Positions 25,297 to 31,104 of a stretch of DNA of 31,104 nt are shown one piece after another (positions within the stretch are counted from its first letter, which is position 1; each line of letters begins with the position of its first letter). The stretch lies in the NCBI GenBank assembly GCA_044356215.1, contig JBIKWQ010000039.1, positions 1 through 31,104 on the forward strand, in the 5' to 3' direction. A program made the translations under genes and the position numbers. The stretch comes from Bdellovibrionota bacterium (GTDB lineage: Bacteria; Bdellovibrionota_C; UBA2361; OMII01). The notes below the pieces were generated by a model. That model was not told the origin of the DNA. It made no database searches and worked only from the letters and a program-made list of their open reading frames with translations.

Positions 25297-26247
25297 ATGT
25301 CAGACACCAAACAAAACACCCCCATTCACCATAAAGTTATCATCCTTGGCTCTGGTCCCGCGGGATTAACGGCGGCGATCTATACAGCTCGAGCTAATCT
25401 CTCACCACTACTACTTCACGGACCATTAGCGGGAGGACAACTAACAACCACTACTGATGTTGAGAACTTCCCAGGCTTCCCGGAGGGAATTATGGGACCT
25501 GAACTGATGCAGAAGATGGAGCAGCAAGCTACTCGCTTCGGCACAAAGGTTGTTGTTGATACGATCGTCAAGGCTGACTTATCTAAGCGTCCATTCACTC
25601 TGGCGGGCCAATCTGGGACCTATACCTGCGATTCTCTTATCATCGCTACGGGTGCCGCTCCGAAGTACACGGGGGCCAAGAACGAACGCGAGCTGTTAGG
25701 CTACGGGCTATCAACGTGCGCCACCTGTGACGGAGCTTTCTTCAGAAATAAGGTCATGGTTGTAATAGGTGGAGGCGACTCGGCTTGTGAGGAGGCCTCA
25801 TTTTTGACTCGCTTCGCTAGCAAGCTTTATCTTGTTCACCGGCGCGATCAACTGCGCGCGTCAAAGATTATGCAAGAGCGGGTCATGTCCAATCCGAAGA
25901 TTGAGCTGGTATGGAATAAAAAGCCGATCGAGGTTCTTGGAAATAAGAAGGAGGGAGTGACTGGATTGGTACTAGAGGACGCCAAAACTGGAGAGGTAAC
26001 AACGCTTCCTACTGACGCTATATTTGTAGCGATCGGACACACACCAAACTCACAGCTCTTTGTAGAGCAGCTTGAGATGGACGAGAGTGGCTATTTAACG
26101 CACGGGGCTGATTCAGCGGCAACTAAGGTGCCGGGTGTGTTTGTGTGCGGAGATGTACAAGACCATGTATTTAGGCAGGCTATTACCGCCGCTGGATCGG
26201 GATGTATGGCCGCGATTGAGGCTGAAAGGTGGCTTGAGGGGCAGTAG
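25297..26247 (+). CDS. trxB: Thioredoxin reductase
   Basis: ILGSGPAGLTAAIY, GGQLTTTTDVENFPG, CATCDG active site, GGGDSA, HRRD, GDVQDHVFRQAITAAG; start ATG 25297. Confidence 0.97.
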   Translation: MSDTKQNTPIHHKVIILGSGPAGLTAAIYTARANLSPLLLHGPLAGGQLTTTTDVENFPGFPEGIMGPELMQKMEQQATRFGTKVVVDTIVKADLSKRPFTLAGQSGTYTCDSLIIATGAAPKYTGAKNERELLGYGLSTCATCDGAFFRNKVMVVIGGGDSACEEASFLTRFASKLYLVHRRDQLRASKIMQERVMSNPKIELVWNKKPIEVLGNKKEGVTGLVLEDAKTGEVTTLPTDAIFVAIGHTPNSQLFVEQLEMDESGYLTHGADSAATKVPGVFVCGDVQDHVFRQAITAAGSGCMAAIEAERWLEGQ

Positions 26248-26264
26248 AATAAATCCAGGGATTC

Positions 26265-26771
26265 CTAGCGCTCTAATACACTAAGCTCATCGCTTAGCTC
26301 ATTTTCACCTTGAGCGGCGCTTGGGAGACGCTGCCTAGCTAGGGTCCCTATCTGATTAACAGCATCTTCTACCGCCGCGGCTAAGCCCAGCTCTGACGCT
26401 GTATTCTCTATAACTTCACAAACTCTCTCCCACTCCTCAGTCGTTACCCTGTCATTAAATCCACGGTCCGCGACTATCTGAGCATCACGCTCAGATAGGA
26501 GAATATAAAGTAGAACTCCTGTATTATCCCGGGTATCCCAAACGCGCTCTAATCCGAAAACCTCAAGCGCGCGCCCCCTTGATCCCTGGCCCCGCCAAAC
26601 ATCTGATATGTTGAGCGCCGATTCTACTACAACTCTAATCTGCGCCGATGTGCCTTTCTCGGCTCTCTTAACAGCCTCCGTTATAGCATTGCGCTGAGCT
26701 CTATTGAGGGCACGCCTCGCGTGCCACGATCCTGTGAACAAGTTGGCTAAAAGTCGCTTAGCGATACTCAT
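26265..26771 (-). CDS. TPM domain protein
   Basis: AEKGTSAQIRVVVE, RALEVFG...TRDNTGVLLYI...IVADRG; third gene of the lemA-TPM-TPM operon. Confidence 0.88.
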   Translation of the reverse strand: MSIAKRLLANLFTGSWHARRALNRAQRNAITEAVKRAEKGTSAQIRVVVESALNISDVWRGQGSRGRALEVFGLERVWDTRDNTGVLLYILLSERDAQIVADRGFNDRVTTEEWERVCEVIENTASELGLAAAVEDAVNQIGTLARQRLPSAAQGENELSDELSVLER

Positions 26772-26777
26772 AAAAAA

Positions 26778-27623
26778 TCACCACCTTCCAGAAGCGCCAC
26801 CGCCGCTAAATGTTCCGCCACCGCCGAAGCCGCCACCACCCCCAAAACCACCCCAATCAAAACCCCCTCTGCTAGAGTACCGACCACCACGACCGGACCT
26901 CCCTCCAAAATGAGACGGATCGATAAAAAGGACCGCCAATCCGCAGACAACCGCGAAGGGGATCGCGATTATAAATGTTGTAGCTAAGGCCGAGATGGCA
27001 AATGCGAATAACGATCCGCAGGTTGTGCCAACGCCTCTTCCAAAAGACGCCGATACTGAGACTCCTATGAAGAGCGCCATGAAAAACAGCGGTGGAAGAA
27101 TAGATAGATCGCTATCCTCCTCCAGAACGGGTGGGGGCAGCTCCATACCTCTAATAACCGCGCCTATCGCGTTAACCCCCGCGGAAACGCCCGCGGCTGG
27201 CTCACCTGCCCTAAAAAACGGAAGGATCTGCTCCTGAATAATCCTGTTTGCCTTGGCATCAGGGATATCCCCCTCAAGACCTCGACCTACCTCGATACGA
27301 ACCGCGCGATCATCTGTAGCGACTAGCAAAAGCGCGCCGTCGTCAATCCCTTGTCGCCCCAGCTTCCAGCTCTCAACAACACGGATACTGTACTGCTCGA
27401 TCGTCTCAGGCTTAGTGGACTTTACGATAAGAACCGCGACCTCGCTTCCCTTCTCCTCCCTTAGAACACGAAGCAACGCGTCAATCTCACCGGCTCGCTG
27501 TCCCAATACACCGACCTGATCTGTTACCAGAGCTTTTAGTGGTGGAACCTCAACAAACTGCGCGTAGCAGAGATCTAGCGCTACTAGCCAAACGAGCGCC
27601 ACTGTCGCGAAGACTGCTTTCAT
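26778..27623 (-). CDS. TPM domain protein (YgcG family) with TM helices and Gly-rich tail
   Basis: VTDQVGVL, WKLGRQGIDDGALLLVA, RIEVGRGLEG, C-terminal GGGGGFGGGGTFSGGGASGRW. Confidence 0.93.
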   Translation of the reverse strand: MKAVFATVALVWLVALDLCYAQFVEVPPLKALVTDQVGVLGQRAGEIDALLRVLREEKGSEVAVLIVKSTKPETIEQYSIRVVESWKLGRQGIDDGALLLVATDDRAVRIEVGRGLEGDIPDAKANRIIQEQILPFFRAGEPAAGVSAGVNAIGAVIRGMELPPPVLEEDSDLSILPPLFFMALFIGVSVSASFGRGVGTTCGSLFAFAISALATTFIIAIPFAVVCGLAVLFIDPSHFGGRSGRGGRYSSRGGFDWGGFGGGGGFGGGGTFSGGGASGRW

Positions 27624-27641
27624 CGACTGTAATCTTACGGA

Positions 27642-28235
27642 CTAAAAAGCCACCTTTGGCGCCTCTGAGATCTCTTTTTCGTTCTCTACACTAAAGTTTG
27701 GTTTTACGGTCGCGCCGAATAACTTAGCTGTTAGGTTAGATGGGAAAGATCTCACGGTAGTATTGTAAGATTTTACGGACTCTATATATCGCGTGCGGGC
27801 CACTGAGATCCGATTCTCAGTTCCCTCAAGTTGCGCCTGAAGATCTCTAAAGTTTGCGTCAGCCTTTAACTGCGGATAATTCTCGGCAACCGCTAGGAGC
27901 CTCGATAAAGCCCCAGATACGGCGGTCTGAGCATCCTGAAAGCGCTTAAATGCTTCTTCATTTTCAAGCACCGACGCGTCGATATTCATTGAGGTAGCTT
28001 TAGATCTCGCCTCGGCGACCTTGGTTAATACATCCTGCTCATGCTCGGCGTACCCTTTTACCGTTGAGACTAGGTTAGGAATCAGATCGGCGCGGCGCTT
28101 GTACTGGCTAAGCACATCCGCCCATGCCGCTTTAACCGTCTCATCACCTGACTGAATCGCGTTGTATCCACACCCCGATACCGCAAGGCTTAAAAGCACT
28201 ACAAATAACACCGAGTAAAAACGATATCTTTTCAT
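27642..28235 (-). CDS. lemA: LemA family protein
   Basis: SGCGYN, QYKRRADLIPNLV.TVKGYA, ENYPQLKA, QLEGTENRI.VAR; GGAG RBS. Confidence 0.95.
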   Translation of the reverse strand: MKRYRFYSVLFVVLLSLAVSGCGYNAIQSGDETVKAAWADVLSQYKRRADLIPNLVSTVKGYAEHEQDVLTKVAEARSKATSMNIDASVLENEEAFKRFQDAQTAVSGALSRLLAVAENYPQLKADANFRDLQAQLEGTENRISVARTRYIESVKSYNTTVRSFPSNLTAKLFGATVKPNFSVENEKEISEAPKVAF

Positions 28236-28318
28236 TTCAGGCTCCCGCTCTTAGACGCTAATTTTGGCATATCTAACACAACTACTTCACAAGAACCATA
28301 TTCTTATATCTCCTAGCG

Positions 28319-28792
28319 TTACCTAATACCCTCAAATTCCTCAAGTGCTTTTGTGTATCCTGAGAGCCTCTCCGGAGCCGCCAGGCGGCGTACGGTTCTC
28401 GGGGCGCACCAACGCCAATTACTAAACTCCGGCTCTCCTGAACTACTTATATCGATATCTCTATTACTTCCGATAAACTCAACTAGCCAAAAGGTTTGTC
28501 TCTGACCAGACCATCGCCCGCGCGCGTAACTTGGTACCTTCTTCCAGATGTAGCTGTGCCTCGCTTTTAGTTTAGTTATCTTACCTATCTGCTCTCGCGC
28601 GATGCCGATCTCCTCGCTGAGTTCACGGATCACATTTGCTTTAAGAGTTTGGCCTGGCTCTACTCCACCCTGAGGAAACTGCCAGTGTCCAGGCTTCCCT
28701 ATTCGCTCTCCCATAAAGAGCTGTCCCCTTTTGTTATAAACTAACATGCACACATTTGGTCTTAGTTTATTGGCACTGCGCTTTATTTTCAT
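28319..28792 (-). CDS. rppH: RNA pyrophosphohydrolase (Nudix)
   Basis: RPNV, WQFPQGG, RELSEEIG, GQRQ.FW, PEFSNWRW; start ATG 28792. Confidence 0.85.
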   Translation of the reverse strand: MKIKRSANKLRPNVCMLVYNKRGQLFMGERIGKPGHWQFPQGGVEPGQTLKANVIRELSEEIGIAREQIGKITKLKARHSYIWKKVPSYARGRWSGQRQTFWLVEFIGSNRDIDISSSGEPEFSNWRWCAPRTVRRLAAPERLSGYTKALEEFEGIR

Positions 28793-28818
28793 GGCGCTTA
28801 ATATACACCTAGTGTCGT

Positions 28819-30414
28819 TCAAAACTCCATCTCTGATTGAACGAAGTGCTCTACCTGCTCGAGCGAGATCTCTCCTCTATTCAACTGATACCTTAACGAC
28901 TCAGTCCAAGGTATGCTCGCCCCATTTGGCAGCGCGGCTAACAACTCAAAGGCTGATTTGGTCCGATAACACGCGTCCTTAGCTTTTTGCTCTCTTAGAT
29001 CAAGGGCCTCTGTAACTAACACCCTGCCTCTATATCCGCTGCCGGAGCAACTGCTGCATCCTTTAGAACGATAAACATCGCCGAATCTTCCTCCGCCACG
29101 ACTTAGATCGCGCTCTTTACAAACGGAGCATAACCTTCTCACTAGTCGTTGATTTAGTATCGCTAACAAAGGGGGTATCGAGCGCTCACGGCCAACGCCT
29201 AATACTTCAAGTCGGCTTATGACTAGAAAAGCCGAGCCTACATGTAAGGAAGATAGCGTTAAATGCCCAGTTGACGCCGCTTCAAGAGCCATCGAAGCGC
29301 TTAACCCATCGCGCATCTCGCCGATTAGGAGCGCGTCAGGATCGTGCCTAAGCACCGACCGGATCGCGCGTGGGTAATCTAGTCCTTGCTCTGCGCGCGT
29401 CTGAACCTGCACAATACCTGGCAACGGACTCTCAACCGGATCCTCTACTGTCACAACATTATAAGATCGGCGCTCCAATTCGCTCACGAGAGAATACATG
29501 GTAGTGGTTTTGCCACTGCCGGTCGGGCCGGTTAGGAGGATAAGCCCCTCTGTTTTATCGATAGCTGACCTGATTAATTCGGCCGTGTTGGGCTCTAATC
29601 CGAGTTGATTAAGGTTTACGACAGCTTGATCCTCAAGGAGTCTAATGACCGCGCTCTCGCCATGAATTGTTGGTAGGGTACTTAGCCTGGCGCTTTTCAC
29701 GATATCACCAAACGAGTATCGAAAAGATCCATCCAAAGGAAGACGCCGTTCCGTTAGATCTAGTCCGGACAGAACTTTTAACCGTGTGATCACCTGATCG
29801 TGGAAGGATCTATCGTAAGGATCACTCTCTAAACGACACAGCTCGCCATCTATTCTCATACGTATCACGACATCGGTGGGTCCTGGTGATAGATGCAGAT
29901 CGCTAACTCCGCGAGCCGCGGCGAATTCCAGAAGAGCATTTAAAAAACGAGCCGCATCACCCTTGGGCGGTTTAAACTTCTCCGCTGTAACCAGTACATC
30001 GGGAGTGGAGCATCCACCAGACCCACCCATCGCGATCGGAGCTATATAGCTCTTTAGTCTTTGCTCTGATCCAAAATACGCCTCGAGAATGGCAGGCTTT
30101 AGTATTTCTACTGGAACCACCGTCAGAGTAACATCAATTCCACAAATAAACCGCAACTTGCGTTGACTTACGTCCGAGTTATCAGAGACCGCTACCGATA
30201 AAGATACACGAGCTCCTTCTTTTATTAGCCCCAAGGGTAGCGCCTCAAATGCTATCGCGTCACTGGCGGCTAGAAATGCCCGCGCCTCATCGCTGGAGCG
30301 GAGTGCTACATCTCGCGCTGATAACTCAACCGATGACTTAATATCTCGGCTGAGTGGTTTGACGGTCGTGGCAGCCGGATCCGCGATGTAATCTGAATCA
30401 TTACGTTCCCTCAT
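28819..30414 (-). CDS. GspE/PilB-family secretion/pilus ATPase
   Basis: SDLH, RMRIDG, ERRLPLDG, Walker A GPTGSGKTT, TVEDPVE, RHDPD..LIGEMRD, TGHL..SSLH, CSVC/CSSC Zn motif. Confidence 0.93.
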   Translation of the reverse strand: MRERNDSDYIADPAATTVKPLSRDIKSSVELSARDVALRSSDEARAFLAASDAIAFEALPLGLIKEGARVSLSVAVSDNSDVSQRKLRFICGIDVTLTVVPVEILKPAILEAYFGSEQRLKSYIAPIAMGGSGGCSTPDVLVTAEKFKPPKGDAARFLNALLEFAAARGVSDLHLSPGPTDVVIRMRIDGELCRLESDPYDRSFHDQVITRLKVLSGLDLTERRLPLDGSFRYSFGDIVKSARLSTLPTIHGESAVIRLLEDQAVVNLNQLGLEPNTAELIRSAIDKTEGLILLTGPTGSGKTTTMYSLVSELERRSYNVVTVEDPVESPLPGIVQVQTRAEQGLDYPRAIRSVLRHDPDALLIGEMRDGLSASMALEAASTGHLTLSSLHVGSAFLVISRLEVLGVGRERSIPPLLAILNQRLVRRLCSVCKERDLSRGGGRFGDVYRSKGCSSCSGSGYRGRVLVTEALDLREQKAKDACYRTKSAFELLAALPNGASIPWTESLRYQLNRGEISLEQVEHFVQSEMEF

Positions 30415-30456
30415 ACGTAATGATATCGATACGCGGAAGTGGTTAGTTGCGCATCG

Positions 30457-30861
30457 CTAACGCGCTTTATTAAATATACTGTCTAATTTCTGCTGCAGCG
30501 CGTCCGCGGTGAACGGCTTGACTATGTATTGAGAAACCCCCGCTTTAGCGGCTTGAATTATATTCTCGCGCTGTGCCTCCGCCGTAATCATCAGAAATGG
30601 AACACGTCCCATCCTTTCTGATCCGCGAATATAAGTAAGCAGCTCTAAGCCGGTCATGTTGGGCATGTTCCAATCAGAGATTATGAAATCGTATTCTTCT
30701 CCCCCTTCGATCTTTCTTACCGCGTCCAAAGCGCCTGCCGCTTCTGAGACGTTATCAAATCCGAGCGCTGAAAGACTCTTCCTGACGATCTGCCTCATCG
30801 ACGCGAAGTCATCCACAACAAGAATGCGCATCTGCTTATCGAATTGATTATTTTGCATCAT
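30457..30861 (-). CDS. cheY: Chemotaxis response regulator CheY
   Basis: ILVVDDFASMRQIV, ISDWNMPNMTG, MITAEAQRENII, YIVKPFT. Confidence 0.9.
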   Translation of the reverse strand: MMQNNQFDKQMRILVVDDFASMRQIVRKSLSALGFDNVSEAAGALDAVRKIEGGEEYDFIISDWNMPNMTGLELLTYIRGSERMGRVPFLMITAEAQRENIIQAAKAGVSQYIVKPFTADALQQKLDSIFNKAR

Positions 30862-30941
30862 CCGCCCTAGCTGCTATTTCGAAGTTCACGAAGAACCCGC
30901 GCCAAAACAGCGGTCGCGCGCAGAATCTCCCCCGAGGGTAG

Positions 30942-30969
30942 CTATCGGTTACAGAGGCGTGAAACTTAA
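30942..30969 (-). promoter_or_regulatory. Candidate sigma-28 (FliA) promoter for cheY
   Basis: Minus strand TTAAGTTT-N12-ACCGATAG, against the E. coli consensus TAAAGTTT-N11-GCCGATAA; about 80 nt upstream of cheY. Confidence 0.5.
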
Positions 30970-30986
30970 GCCAATAAAACAAGGAG

Positions 30987-31104
30987 TAGGGCGTCGCAGT
31001 TCTTTTTTTATCCCCCTCAGGAAGTCGGCCATTTGGAGTATTTTTGGGGTCTTAGACGGTTTATTTGGGGCTATCTGACAGGTGGATAGGTGAATTTGGG
31101 GAGG
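30987..31104. mobile_element. Family A element left end, divergent copy 3 (truncated by window end)
   Basis: TAGGGCGTCGCAGTTCTTT (30987-31005) is identical to 3398-3416; the sequence then diverges. Confidence 0.65.

Noticed and set aside
26778..26910. GC-rich CCACCG/CCGCC repeats
   Set aside because: Explained by the Gly-rich C-terminal tail typical of YgcG/TPM proteins.
26265..28235. lemA-TPM-TPM as a novel system
   Set aside because: A widespread, well-known conserved gene trio; nothing unusual here.
4137..30847. Numerous 60-160 aa alternative-frame and antisense ORFs (e.g. 4422-4856, 7150-7623, 14909-15361, 23014-23403)
   Set aside because: All overlap well-supported longer CDSs and lack motifs; they are shadow ORFs.
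1..31104. Window as a circular element, because both ends lie in family A repeats
   Set aside because: The end sequences do not overlap or match each other, and the content is chromosomal housekeeping (cysK, trxB, anmK, cheY) with no rep, integrase or phage genes. An assembly break at repeats is simpler.

Overview
Gene-dense bacterial chromosomal segment with about 24 supportable CDSs and no rRNA, tRNA, CRISPR array or transposase. The lipoproteins, GspE/PilB ATPase and CheY suggest a motile diderm organism. From left to right: (i) a peptidoglycan turnover block (SLT lytic transglycosylase, two lipoproteins, anmK) and a cupin; (ii) a ~10.5 kb block with four divergent GT-C-fold (ArnT/PMT-like) membrane glycosyltransferases, a small membrane protein and an AMP-binding acyl-CoA ligase; (iii) a GspG-domain protein, a sensor-HAMP class III cyclase with degenerate catalytic residues and an MscS-cNMP channel, followed by rluA-family and cysK genes; (iv) an FG-GAP propeller protein, biotin carboxylase, trxB, a lemA-TPM-TPM operon, rppH, an orphan GspE/PilB ATPase and an orphan cheY. 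The most notable non-coding content is two different non-autonomous palindromic elements that both begin TAGGG and end in CCCTA or a near match. Family A has three full or partial copies (1-134, 3398-3559, 30987-end) and carries a perfect 29-bp hairpin. Family B has one copy (6259-6515) and is a nested multi-hairpin. All family assignments come from motif recognition by eye; no searches were run.
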